A stretch of DNA of 64,000 nt from a virus, in IMG/VR virus record IMGVR_UViG_3300050343_000122, positions 32,001-96,000 of that record; one strand, written 5' to 3'. The first letter of the stretch is position 1; each line of letters opens with the position of its first letter. A model generated the notes under the pieces. It saw only the letters and a program-made list of their open reading frames with translations, did not search any database and had not been told where the DNA came from. Of the stretch, positions 47,182-57,105 are shown one piece after another. The position numbers and the translations under genes were made by a program.

Positions 47182-47402
47182 CAGTTAGAAACTATATAAA
47201 TACCCTCGTAGAGATGGTAAAGAAGAATCCAGAGATAGAGCACTATGAAGTGATATATTCTGCAGACGATGAAGGCAACACCTTTCAGAAGGTAAACTTT
47301 ACACCAACAGTAATGATAGCTGATGGTCTAGATAACGCCTATATAGAAGTTGAGTCAATAATGAATGTTGACGAAAATGCTAATGTTTTATGTATTAACT
47401 GA
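47178..47402 (+). CDS. Hypothetical phage protein (DDEGN motif)
   Basis: ORF track. Confidence 0.55.
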   Translation: MTVRNYINTLVEMVKKNPEIEHYEVIYSADDEGNTFQKVNFTPTVMIADGLDNAYIEVESIMNVDENANVLCIN

Positions 47403-48274
47403 TGAGAGCACTTGTAACAGGAGGAGCAGGTTTCATAGGAGGTCACGTAGTTAGAGACCTACTAGATAGAGGCCATGAGGTTATTATATTAGACAATTTC
47501 TCTACCGGTAGTATAGCTAATGTTGCTACCGGTATAGAATCCTTACACGTTTATACAATAGGGAGTGATGATCCATTTCCTGATTGTTTAAACTTTGACA
47601 CACTTATACATTTAGCAGCACCTGTGTCTGTTGAAGAGAGTATTAAAGAGCCAGTTAAGTACTATAACGAAATAGCATATGGAACAGAAAAACTATTTAA
47701 GTGGGCTACAGATTGTGGGTGTGACAAGTTTGTAGTGGCCTCAACTGCTGCAGTGTATGGTAGTACTGACAATGTACCTATTAAAGAGGAAGCTAATATA
47801 TATCCTGAGTCACCTTACGCATCAGCTAAAGCACTTATGGAATTAATGATAAGTGGTTCTTACAAAGCTGACGTAGCAATACTTAGGTTCTTTAATGTGT
47901 ATGGTGAAGGCCAAAGAAGCACTGGTGGATATTTATCAGCTATACCTATATTCAAAAAACAATATGAAAGTGGTAAATCTATAACAGTTACAGGAGATGG
48001 CGAACAAAGCAGAGACTTTGTTTATGTTGGTGATGTAGTATCAGCAATCTTTGCAGCTATTGGTAGTAACGGTACATGGAATATTGCTTCTGGTATAGAG
48101 GTTAAGATAATAAATATAGCAAAGGCTTTTGGTGATGATATAAAATTTATCAAAGCTAGAAGAGAAGTTAAAAGGTCATTAGCTAGCATAGAATCTGCTA
48201 AGTACTGGCTTAATTGGAAACCAAAAACAAAACTAGGAAACTGGATAAAATCAATAAAAGATGAATTGGGATAA
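47402..48274 (+). CDS. NAD-dependent nucleotide-sugar epimerase/dehydratase (GalE-like)
   Basis: TGGAGFIG, HLAA, STAAVYG, YxxxK (YASAK), RFFNVYG, GDG.Q.RDF.YV.D. Confidence 0.9.
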   Translation: MRALVTGGAGFIGGHVVRDLLDRGHEVIILDNFSTGSIANVATGIESLHVYTIGSDDPFPDCLNFDTLIHLAAPVSVEESIKEPVKYYNEIAYGTEKLFKWATDCGCDKFVVASTAAVYGSTDNVPIKEEANIYPESPYASAKALMELMISGSYKADVAILRFFNVYGEGQRSTGGYLSAIPIFKKQYESGKSITVTGDGEQSRDFVYVGDVVSAIFAAIGSNGTWNIASGIEVKIINIAKAFGDDIKFIKARREVKRSLASIESAKYWLNWKPKTKLGNWIKSIKDELG

Positions 48275-48983
48275 ATTTAAACAAAACTTTCATCCTTCTT
48301 GGCATGCAAAGATGAAGCCCTTCGTAGAGAGCGAAGAGTGTGACTTGTTGTATGCACACCTGAAGAAAGAAAGTAAGAGAGGGAAGCAGGTAGCTCCTCT
48401 CTCTAGTAATGTGTGGAAAGCATTTATGCTTACACCTATGGACGATCTTAAGTTTGTGATGATGGGAATGTCTCCATATCATACGTTTAAGAATGGGTTA
48501 CCGGTAGCTGATGGACTCATGATGAGCTGTTCAGTTACTGAATACCTTCAACCTTCACTGAAGCAATTGTATAAAGCTTTTGAAACTGAGTTTCACAAAG
48601 GTCTTAACCTTAGTTATGATCCTACACCTGACCTTAGTTATCTAGCTGAGCAAGGAGTGCTACTACTAAATGCTTCTTTGACTGTAGAAAAGAATAAAGC
48701 TGGTTCTCACATAGAGATATGGGAACCATTTATTAAATACTTGTTTGAGAATGTAATTGTACCACTAGGTATTCCTGTTGTGTTTCTAGGTAAAGACGCA
48801 GGCAAGTACCAAAAGTATATGGGAATATTCTCACACTCCTTTGTTGTATCGCACCCAGCCAGTGCATCATACAAAGGTATAGATTGGGACTCTGAAGGAG
48901 TATTTAGTAAAATAGATCAATTATTAATGCAAAACAATGGATTTAGTATTGAATGGCTTAAAGATGCTGAACCACCATTTTAA
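48261..48983 (+). CDS. ung: Uracil-DNA glycosylase-like protein (family 1 fold, variant active site)
   Basis: GMSPY (for GQDPY), ADGL, QGVLLLNASLTV, H...WEPF, HPAS. Confidence 0.75.
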   Translation: MNWDKFKQNFHPSWHAKMKPFVESEECDLLYAHLKKESKRGKQVAPLSSNVWKAFMLTPMDDLKFVMMGMSPYHTFKNGLPVADGLMMSCSVTEYLQPSLKQLYKAFETEFHKGLNLSYDPTPDLSYLAEQGVLLLNASLTVEKNKAGSHIEIWEPFIKYLFENVIVPLGIPVVFLGKDAGKYQKYMGIFSHSFVVSHPASASYKGIDWDSEGVFSKIDQLLMQNNGFSIEWLKDAEPPF

Positions 48984-48993
48984 AACAACAATT

Positions 48994-49347
48994 ATGAATA
49001 TAGAACAGGATTTAATTACAGATTTTAGTCAACTCAAAAAAGATGATGTTGTGCTAACTAACAAAGGAGCAGAATTAGTAGTATTTAAACTTATGGAAAC
49101 ACCTAGATTAAGTGCTACGAAACATCAGTACTCAGCAAATGGCTGGAACAGTAAACTGCCTAACGGTCAACCAAGAAATAGATATATTGCAGTAAGATGT
49201 AAGGTTCCTACAAGAACCAGAACCTCTACTAATGCTTCCTATACCTGGAAAGAGTACGAGTTTAGAATGCCTAGAGAAGATGATCAAGTAGAGAAGATGG
49301 ACTTTAACTATAAAAATGTTTACAGAATAAAAACAATTAATAATTAA
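48994..49347 (+). CDS. Hypothetical protein
   Basis: Start moved to MNIEQD. Confidence 0.55.
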   Translation: MNIEQDLITDFSQLKKDDVVLTNKGAELVVFKLMETPRLSATKHQYSANGWNSKLPNGQPRNRYIAVRCKVPTRTRTSTNASYTWKEYEFRMPREDDQVEKMDFNYKNVYRIKTINN

Positions 49348-49359
49348 TAAATAAGTAAA

Positions 49360-51720
49360 ATGATAATTAAAAAACAAAAGGAAGCGAAAGTTCTCCAGGT
49401 TGGAGAAACAGAAAGCAGTACTAAGATGTCGTTAGACATGGAGTCAGCTCAGATCTTAATGCAGATGTTGAGTAAGAATCTATATTCTGATGAGATTGGT
49501 TCTGCAGTGCGTGAGTGTGCAAGTAACGCACTAGACAGCCATAGAAGAGCTGGTGTAACAGATCCTATCGTAGTATCTCTACGTGTAGTAGATACAGGAT
49601 GGGAGTTTAGTGTTGAAGATTTCGGAATAGGTCTGAACCATCAAGATGTAGAGAACATCATTAGTAAATATGGTAAGTCAACCAAGCGTGACAGTGCAAA
49701 TGAGCTTGGTATGATGGGTCTAGGATTCAAAGCACCACTAGCCTACTGTTCTAGCTTTTATTTTATAGCTAGAAAACATGGTATGGAGCGTAAATACATG
49801 ATGTACGAAGGAGAGGAAGTAAATACTATTGACCTTTTGTACTCTAAGCCAACTTCTGAGCGTAATGGTGTTAAAGTTATTATACCTGTTAAATCTTGGG
49901 ACCAGCATGACTTCAAGACTAAAATTAAAGAGCAACTATGTTACTTTGAAAACGTGTACTTTGATGTAGAGGATATAGATAACAATTTTGTTATACATAG
50001 AAGTGAATACTATCAGTTCTCAGAGCTATGTAATGAAACTGAGATGCATGCTTGTTTAGATAATGTTTATTATCCTATTGATTGGTCTAAGTTAGACATG
50101 GATAGAATCAGAATGCCTCTTGGTCTTCGGTTTAGTCTTACTGATAATTTATTCCCAACACCAAATAGAGAAGCTCTTAGATATACACCTGAGGCCAAAG
50201 AGGTTATTAAGTCAAGAATTCAGGACGTAGCTAATCACTTTGTAGACAAGTATAACGAAAGTGTTGAAACAGGGACAGACCTGAAGTCTTTATATGAATA
50301 TTATAACAATAAAGAAAGATACATTAAACACCTAGGTTCAAATTTGAACATCAGTGAGTTAATTAAGTATTCTAACAAGACAATTGTAAAACCAGATATG
50401 GTTGGTCTTAATTCTATGACGTTTGAAGATTTGTATAACGTTAAAGACCATTGGCTCAACTGCTTCAATGTGAAGTTTACGATGAAAAATAGTAAATTAC
50501 ATAATGCTGATAAAACATATGTAAGTAACTGGAGCATAGGTAGACTTATTGGAGCTGCAAGTAGATATAATTCATCACCTCAGCCTTTGACAGTTTATTA
50601 CTATGCAGATCGAGTTGGTGGTGTAATGAAAGACTATTTAAGGTCTCAACATTCCAATGATGTGATGCTTGTTAAAATTAAGACAGACGAGATTCCTATG
50701 TTTGCTTCATCGACTCTTGACCCTATAACCTGGGAAAGGGTTCTTAAATTAACTAGCGAACCAAAAGATCAATGGCCTCTTAAGATAGCTGACTTTAAGA
50801 CTCTTATTAATCTAATTACTGAAGATTGGATAGATCTAGACTCTATGGTAGTCCCTCAAGACTTTTTAGATGCTAGAAAGAAGAAAAAGATACAGAACAA
50901 ATCAAATAAGCCTGGATTAAAAGGTGACTCTGGAAGACGTAAAGTATCAGGTGAGATGAGTTGTAAACAAGCCGTTGATCTTCTTAGATATAACGATGGT
51001 AGAAACTGTAAGTTTGAGTCTAATATATATGACCTAAAGAGACTAATGAAAGGTGGTAAGTATTTTATTTATACTGAACATGAGAACTTTCTTGATTTAG
51101 ATGCATTATACAAACATATAAATCACGACACTACCAAACTTATTACTTTATCTCCTAGAGAAAAAGGTCAAATAGAAAAACTAGAAATACATAATTTAAT
51201 ATCATATGAAGAATTCATGAAAGGGAAAACTAAAACGTTCAAGAGGATTGTAACCTCAGCAAAGATAGATACGTTTATTAATAAGTATTCAGATATCTTT
51301 GAGCATAGGAACACAACAATAAAGAAAGCTTCTAGCGATCTTTCTATTAAGTTGAACAACTTGGCGATCTATAGAGACAAACATTACAGAAGCCATGGAT
51401 GGGGTGACCGTGAGAAAAGACTCTATGAAGCTATGTATGCTGTTGCAGATAAACATGATCTATATGATATGAAAATTTATCCAGAGTTCTTAGCTATGGA
51501 AGAATTAATAACTAATACTATACCTTGGTTAGATATTCTACTCCGTAGATTTCATACAGCGAATAATGATGAAGATAACAAGATGCAGGTGTCTGTACTT
51601 GTAGACATGATGAAATATTACAAACAGAAAGTAGAACTTGAGCACTATATTACTATAACAGATGAAACAGAAGATTTAGAACCTGTTACTGATGAGCTAG
51701 TAAGAGAATCAATATTTTAA
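49360..51720 (+). CDS. rIIA: rIIA-like protein (GHKL ATPase N-terminus)
   Basis: LYSD...AVRE..SNA.DSH, EDFGIG, G.STK, G..GLG.K; paired with the rIIB-like gene. Confidence 0.8.
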   Translation: MIIKKQKEAKVLQVGETESSTKMSLDMESAQILMQMLSKNLYSDEIGSAVRECASNALDSHRRAGVTDPIVVSLRVVDTGWEFSVEDFGIGLNHQDVENIISKYGKSTKRDSANELGMMGLGFKAPLAYCSSFYFIARKHGMERKYMMYEGEEVNTIDLLYSKPTSERNGVKVIIPVKSWDQHDFKTKIKEQLCYFENVYFDVEDIDNNFVIHRSEYYQFSELCNETEMHACLDNVYYPIDWSKLDMDRIRMPLGLRFSLTDNLFPTPNREALRYTPEAKEVIKSRIQDVANHFVDKYNESVETGTDLKSLYEYYNNKERYIKHLGSNLNISELIKYSNKTIVKPDMVGLNSMTFEDLYNVKDHWLNCFNVKFTMKNSKLHNADKTYVSNWSIGRLIGAASRYNSSPQPLTVYYYADRVGGVMKDYLRSQHSNDVMLVKIKTDEIPMFASSTLDPITWERVLKLTSEPKDQWPLKIADFKTLINLITEDWIDLDSMVVPQDFLDARKKKKIQNKSNKPGLKGDSGRRKVSGEMSCKQAVDLLRYNDGRNCKFESNIYDLKRLMKGGKYFIYTEHENFLDLDALYKHINHDTTKLITLSPREKGQIEKLEIHNLISYEEFMKGKTKTFKRIVTSAKIDTFINKYSDIFEHRNTTIKKASSDLSIKLNNLAIYRDKHYRSHGWGDREKRLYEAMYAVADKHDLYDMKIYPEFLAMEELITNTIPWLDILLRRFHTANNDEDNKMQVSVLVDMMKYYKQKVELEHYITITDETEDLEPVTDELVRESIF

Positions 51721-51747
51721 TAATTAATAATAAATAAATAAATAAGT

Positions 51748-53199
51748 ATGAGCAGTAAATTTATGTCTCTTGATTGGTTCAAGGGAAGGGTAGAAAATTC
51801 TATCGACAGAGTAATAGCTAAAAAGCTAGATGATGTTATGGGTGAAGATAATTCTTCATCCATAGACATTCGTAAGATTAAGTTAGTTAACGATCAGCTA
51901 ACTGTAGTACTAAGTGATGGTAAAATGTTTACTAAAACTGACGCTAATGAGTGTGACTTTGATTCTGCACAGAATGCAACAACAGAACAACAACTGGAAT
52001 GCATTATGATGACTAGCGAAGTTGCTGACCAGAAAGAACAACAACGTAGAGATATCGAAAGAAATAAAGCTATGCAAATAGGTATCGATGCACTAGTTGA
52101 ACTTGATGACTTTAGAAGAGAAGGTGACAGTTGTTATCTATCAGGCACTAACAGAACTCTACCTGGTTTGTTAGTAGAGAAGTTTATTGAAGTGGTATAT
52201 AGAATCAAGCAGAACCGCAGTGAATACAATTCACTACAAGAGCTTTGTGATAAAGATGATGAGTATCAATCTCTAAAGAACTTCTTTATGTGGTGTTGTC
52301 TGAATCCAAGAGCTGAGGTAGCTAATGAACTATATAGGTTCCTGCATGAAAACAGTTTCAGAATAACTAAGCAAGGGTTCTTTGTAGCATTGCGTAATGT
52401 AGTAACGTTACACGGTAGTCCAGAGCTTGTACACTTTATATCTAATACATATAATAAGGTGAAAGCTGTATGGGGTAATGATCCGGATGACTACACTGTC
52501 TTTATGGAGGAAGGTGAATACAAGATTGTTCACAAGAACGGTCTGTATGAAACCAAAACCGAGTTAATTGAAGAAGAGTGGGATGATTATGAAGAGTGCT
52601 ATATAGAGTGCGAACCATATGAGAATAGTTACGAAGTTCCTATTGAGTATGGTGAGAAGATAGGTAATCTTACAGAGTTGTATCTTGATTTACCTAATAG
52701 ACATGAGAACAGATTCACTGATGATTGGACTAAGACGTTTGACATCAGAATTGGTAAGCCTGTTAACATGCCTAAGGAAGAGTGTAACTGGTCAACACAG
52801 GATTGTGCTGCAGCTGGTTTACACTTTACTTCTGATCAAATACACTATGTAGGATGTGGTGATCAATCTGTTCTAGTTCTAATTAATCCAATGAAAGTTG
52901 TTGGTATTGGTGAACATAAAGGTAGATGCTATGAGTATCTTCCAATTATGACTGTACCAAGAGAAGAGGCCACAAGTATATTACATGACTTGAGGTTTGA
53001 TACTCTACAATTGGATGAAGGTTACGCTATTAGAGAGCTTGATAATCTAGAGGAGAAAGCCAAAGAAGGCTTTACTACTGAGGTAAGTAAACATGAGTTT
53101 AATATACCTCATACAACTTATACTGAAATTAAAGATGTTGTTGCTAGTCTTAGCAAAATGAAAGACACAATTAGTGACAGAGTAAGTGCAATAGAGTAG
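51748..53199 (+). CDS. rIIB: rIIB-like protein
   Basis: NP......LY.FL......IT..G.FVA.R; IG..V.M...C....C..GLH; K.RCYEY. Confidence 0.8.
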   Translation: MSSKFMSLDWFKGRVENSIDRVIAKKLDDVMGEDNSSSIDIRKIKLVNDQLTVVLSDGKMFTKTDANECDFDSAQNATTEQQLECIMMTSEVADQKEQQRRDIERNKAMQIGIDALVELDDFRREGDSCYLSGTNRTLPGLLVEKFIEVVYRIKQNRSEYNSLQELCDKDDEYQSLKNFFMWCCLNPRAEVANELYRFLHENSFRITKQGFFVALRNVVTLHGSPELVHFISNTYNKVKAVWGNDPDDYTVFMEEGEYKIVHKNGLYETKTELIEEEWDDYEECYIECEPYENSYEVPIEYGEKIGNLTELYLDLPNRHENRFTDDWTKTFDIRIGKPVNMPKEECNWSTQDCAAAGLHFTSDQIHYVGCGDQSVLVLINPMKVVGIGEHKGRCYEYLPIMTVPREEATSILHDLRFDTLQLDEGYAIRELDNLEEKAKEGFTTEVSKHEFNIPHTTYTEIKDVVASLSKMKDTISDRVSAIE

Positions 53200-53230
53200 T
53201 TTTAATTAAGGTGATGTCTCATTTATTTAT

Positions 53231-53238
53231 TATATTTG
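53231..53238 (+). promoter_or_regulatory. Bacteroidota -7 element (TATATTTG)
   Basis: About 26 nt upstream of ATG 53265. Confidence 0.6.
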
Positions 53239-53264
53239 GGACATCACTAATTAAAAACAACAAC

Positions 53265-53660
53265 ATGGCAGTTAAAAAACCAAGAGTACCACGCACACGA
53301 AATGCTGGTACTATGACAGAAGCAGCTTTCTGGTCTATGATCAGAAGTGCTTTAAGACAGAAGAGTAGATGGTGGAAACCTATTGCTGAATGTAAAAAAC
53401 TTGCTAGAAGGATTAGTAAATCCAAGAACAAGCGACAAAAGTGGGAGTATCAATGCAAAAAATGCAGTAAATGGTACAAAAGTGATCAAGTTAATGTTGA
53501 TCATATCGAACAAGCAGGAAGCCTAAGATCATATGACGACTTACCGGGATTTGTAGAAACATTATTCTGTGAACAGGATAATCTACAGGTGCTTTGTAAA
53601 TCATGTCATGATGAGAAAACCAAACTCGAAATACAATTAAAGAAATTTAAACAGAAATAA
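53265..53660 (+). CDS. HNH endonuclease
   Basis: CKKC...VDHI...NLQVLCKSCH; start moved to MAVKKP. Confidence 0.8.
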   Translation: MAVKKPRVPRTRNAGTMTEAAFWSMIRSALRQKSRWWKPIAECKKLARRISKSKNKRQKWEYQCKKCSKWYKSDQVNVDHIEQAGSLRSYDDLPGFVETLFCEQDNLQVLCKSCHDEKTKLEIQLKKFKQK

Positions 53661-54697
53661 TGATACAAGGGACAACAAAAACAGAAGAACTATACAGAGC
53701 TGTGATGCTGGATAGTTCTAGCTCATTGAAGGACTTTTCAATGGACAGAAAGAAATATCACAGAAAACATATATTAAATGAAGACGTTAAAGAGAAAGAC
53801 TCTGTAGCTGCAAACTTAGGTAGACTAGTAGAAACTATGCTATGGGAGCCAGAGCTATTTGATGACAAGTTCTTTATGTCAACAGTTGCATACATTCCTA
53901 CAGGACTTATGTTAGAGTTTGTGGAGCGTTTATATGAAGTAACACTAGATTCTACAGATGAGTCAGGTAACATATCTCGTAGCTTTACAGAGCTAGCAGA
54001 GGAAGCATACACACTATCATCTTTTAAGATTAAGTTTGAGCAAGTGCTCAAGAAGTTTATAGGTTCTGATGCAGAGTTGTACTACAATGAGATACGCCAG
54101 GTACGTTCTAAGAACTTAACTGTGGTGGACACACAACAAGTAGCTACAGCTGAGAGAATTATAGAGACACTAAAGACTGACCCTAACGTTAAGCATGTAG
54201 TTAACTGTGTAACAAGTCAAAGATATGATGTCAAAGATCAAATGCAGGTAGAAGACTATGCTGTGGATGGCCATCAGTTTAAATCTATGATGGACCGTGT
54301 TATAGTAGATCATGAAGAAATGACAATTCAAGTGTATGATTTAAAATGTACGTGGAATGTTGAGAACTTCTATGAGGAATACTATTTGTATAGAAGAGCT
54401 TATATTCAAGCCTATCTTTATATGAGAGCAGCAGAGTGGATGTTTAGAGAACATGTTGATTACACTGTCTTAGAACCTATATTCTTGGTTTGTGATAGTG
54501 CAAACTACTTTAGACCATTGCTTTATGAAGTTAGTAGTGCTAATTTATATGATGCATATAATGGATTTGAACACAAGGGTAGAAAGTATCCTGGTGTGAA
54601 AGATCTTATAGAGGATCTTAAATGGGCTCATGAAAATAATATATGGAATATTTCAAAAGAAAACTTAAATAATAATGGAACAGCAATTTTAAGATGA
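53660..54697 (+). CDS. PD-(D/E)xK exonuclease (RecE/DUF3799-like)
   Basis: SSSSLK, K..MD, DLK, Y.Q...Y motifs. Confidence 0.7.
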   Translation: MIQGTTKTEELYRAVMLDSSSSLKDFSMDRKKYHRKHILNEDVKEKDSVAANLGRLVETMLWEPELFDDKFFMSTVAYIPTGLMLEFVERLYEVTLDSTDESGNISRSFTELAEEAYTLSSFKIKFEQVLKKFIGSDAELYYNEIRQVRSKNLTVVDTQQVATAERIIETLKTDPNVKHVVNCVTSQRYDVKDQMQVEDYAVDGHQFKSMMDRVIVDHEEMTIQVYDLKCTWNVENFYEEYYLYRRAYIQAYLYMRAAEWMFREHVDYTVLEPIFLVCDSANYFRPLLYEVSSANLYDAYNGFEHKGRKYPGVKDLIEDLKWAHENNIWNISKENLNNNGTAILR

Positions 54698-55263
54698 AAA
54701 AAACAATAACCACTATCTTTATGGTTCCAACATTGAATATACCTAAGGGGGCACTACGCCTTCTTGGGTTTATTAATGCATACCAACTGGACATGGACCG
54801 AGAGTTAGATTATGGTGAAAATAATGTAATTTACCTTCTCTTTAAGCCGGAAGACATGAGTTACTTCAGGGAGTTTCTAGATGCTGAGTATCAAAGGACC
54901 AGCAAAATTATAGAAGACTATGATTATCCTGAAGGCTATGTGATTCTGATTTATAAGCTTGATGACAAGTGGAAGAGAGATTTTAAATTAATTAAAGCCG
55001 GTAAATATTCTACTACATCTCCTGGTTTTCAAAAGATGTTTCCTAAAGTAATCAAGATAATGAAGAACGGCTTACACAAAGATGAGATCAGTCTTCAGTA
55101 TAGAGTGTTTAATAAAACACCGGATCTTGTAGAGTTTTGGGAAAAGAAACTAGGAATAGAATGGTCAGATGACATGGAGGTTTGGAGTGGATGGGACGAA
55201 GCCACAGAGATATTAAACATGATGGAAATTAAAAACAAAGAAAATGAAACAGCAAATAATTAA
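54694..55263 (+). CDS. crAss-conserved hypothetical protein
   Basis: GFINAY, GKYS motifs; coupled to the nuclease. Confidence 0.55.
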   Translation: MKKTITTIFMVPTLNIPKGALRLLGFINAYQLDMDRELDYGENNVIYLLFKPEDMSYFREFLDAEYQRTSKIIEDYDYPEGYVILIYKLDDKWKRDFKLIKAGKYSTTSPGFQKMFPKVIKIMKNGLHKDEISLQYRVFNKTPDLVEFWEKKLGIEWSDDMEVWSGWDEATEILNMMEIKNKENETANN

Positions 55264-55654
55264 ATTATTAAACAAGAACCCCCACTCAACTAAAGAGGTG
55301 CAGGCTTGGTTCTTGAACAATCTACTAAAGACAGTAGATGATGATATGCCAGAGGAGTTCAAAGAGTTTGTTAAAGCTCAACAGATAGACGATGATAAGT
55401 TAGCTACAATGATCAAAGAATCCCCACGAGGTTTACTAGATGTATTTGACGAGCATGAGATTTATATAAACGTTGTGTATCAAGATGAAGTAGGTTTTGT
55501 TTGGCACCTGGGACACCCATACAGTGAGGGTGGAGCTAGCGTTCCTTACAACACACGTAAGAAGGCTGAGCATAAAGCTATATTTAAGGCCATTGAAATT
55601 CTTGATAACAAATTAAAACCTAAGAAAGATGAAAAAACCAAAGAAAAAAGTTAG
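55244..55654 (+). CDS. Hypothetical protein
   Basis: ORF track. Confidence 0.55.
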   Translation: MKQQIIKLLNKNPHSTKEVQAWFLNNLLKTVDDDMPEEFKEFVKAQQIDDDKLATMIKESPRGLLDVFDEHEIYINVVYQDEVGFVWHLGHPYSEGGASVPYNTRKKAEHKAIFKAIEILDNKLKPKKDEKTKEKS

Positions 55655-55811
55655 GTCATTAGCTAAAATTGTTTTAGATTTGCTAGCCGCAGAATTGATT
55701 AATAAAGATGAGGCTTTGACTCTTCTTAATCAAGGCGATCCTATTCGATCTCCAGGTGGGTGGTGTACAACTTGCACACACGATATAAACATCCACTATG
55801 AGAACAATTGA
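55629..55811 (+). CDS. Hypothetical protein
   Basis: ORF track. Confidence 0.45.
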   Translation: MKKPKKKVRSLAKIVLDLLAAELINKDEALTLLNQGDPIRSPGGWCTTCTHDINIHYENN

Positions 55812-56130
55812 AGAATTTAACGGAGTATGGCATCTCATCATTGATGGGCCAGGACTAGGTATTGATGTACCTCAAGTTGTTGCGTTTATGAATAACGTAA
55901 TGGATGACCTTTCTACTATAGAAGGATTTAGACTTAAAGAAGTTTCTACAGTACGTGGAATTCCTAGAGTGCAGAGCAATTTGTCTGACATTATGCCTTG
56001 GGTAGCTAGAGTTATTCATGCAGAGATCGAAGAAAAACTTATGATGATACTGAAAGTAGAGTTTGAGTTGGAACAAAGATTACAATCAATTGGATTAAAT
56101 ATTAATGGTAAACCCCTACAACATGAATAA
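55798..56130 (+). CDS. Hypothetical protein
   Basis: ORF track. Confidence 0.5.
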   Translation: MRTIEEFNGVWHLIIDGPGLGIDVPQVVAFMNNVMDDLSTIEGFRLKEVSTVRGIPRVQSNLSDIMPWVARVIHAEIEEKLMMILKVEFELEQRLQSIGLNINGKPLQHE

Positions 56131-57103
56131 GAACATTTTCAAACCTAGAGTAAATATACTTCCCTACGAATACCCACAGCTGTTAGCTTATAAGGATGCA
56201 ATTAGACATTCTTATTGGATTGACACAGAGTTTAACTTTACTGAAGATATACAAGACTTCAAGATTACAATTAGTGATCAAGAACGTGATGTTATCAAAA
56301 AAACTATGCTTGCTATAGCACAGATAGAAGTAAACGTTAAAACATTTTGGGGTGATTTGTATAAACGTATGCCAATTACAGAGATAGGTGATGTAGGATT
56401 TACATTTGCAGAGTCTGAGGTTAGACATAAAGATGCATATGCAAGACTGTTGCGTATACTTGGTTTAGAGAAGGAGTTCGAGAATGTAGTAGAGGTGCCA
56501 GCTATAGCTAATAGAATTAAGTACTTAAAGAAGTATCTAAATGGTGCACGCTCTAAAGACGACAAAATGTATACTAAGTCTGTTTTACTGTTCTCTTTAT
56601 TTATAGAACACGTAAGTCTGTTTAGTCAGTTTCTAATTATGATGAGCTTTAACAAAGATCGGAATGTACTTAAGGGTATATCTAATGTTGTTGAGGCGAC
56701 TAGTAAAGAAGAAGAAATACATGGTAACTTTGGAGCTGAGATCATTAACATTATAAAGAAAGAGAACCCAGATTGGTTCAATGATGAGTTTAAGGAACTA
56801 ATATATTCTGCGTGTAAGAAAGCTTATATAGCAGAGTGTGGTATACTTGACTGGATATTTGAGAAGGGTGAACTATGGTTTCTTCCAAAGGAAACTATAC
56901 AACATTTTATAATGAACAGATTTAACAATTCACTGAGAAAGATTGGTATGGACCCATTGTTTGAAGTTGATGACAATTTATTAGAGTCAACAAAATGGTT
57001 TGATATAGAAATAACTTCTACTAAGGAGGGAGATTTCTTTTACAAGAAGTCCGTGGATTACAATAAGAAAAGCAAAAGTATAACAGAAGACGATTTATTT
57101 TAA
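56123..57103 (+). CDS. nrdB: Ribonucleotide reductase class I beta subunit
   Basis: E..H..AY, E...LF..F, EE..H diiron motifs; DFF....DY C-terminus; start moved to MNKNIF. Confidence 0.9.
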   Translation: MNKNIFKPRVNILPYEYPQLLAYKDAIRHSYWIDTEFNFTEDIQDFKITISDQERDVIKKTMLAIAQIEVNVKTFWGDLYKRMPITEIGDVGFTFAESEVRHKDAYARLLRILGLEKEFENVVEVPAIANRIKYLKKYLNGARSKDDKMYTKSVLLFSLFIEHVSLFSQFLIMMSFNKDRNVLKGISNVVEATSKEEEIHGNFGAEIINIIKKENPDWFNDEFKELIYSACKKAYIAECGILDWIFEKGELWFLPKETIQHFIMNRFNNSLRKIGMDPLFEVDDNLLESTKWFDIEITSTKEGDFFYKKSVDYNKKSKSITEDDLF

Positions 57104-57105
57104 TT

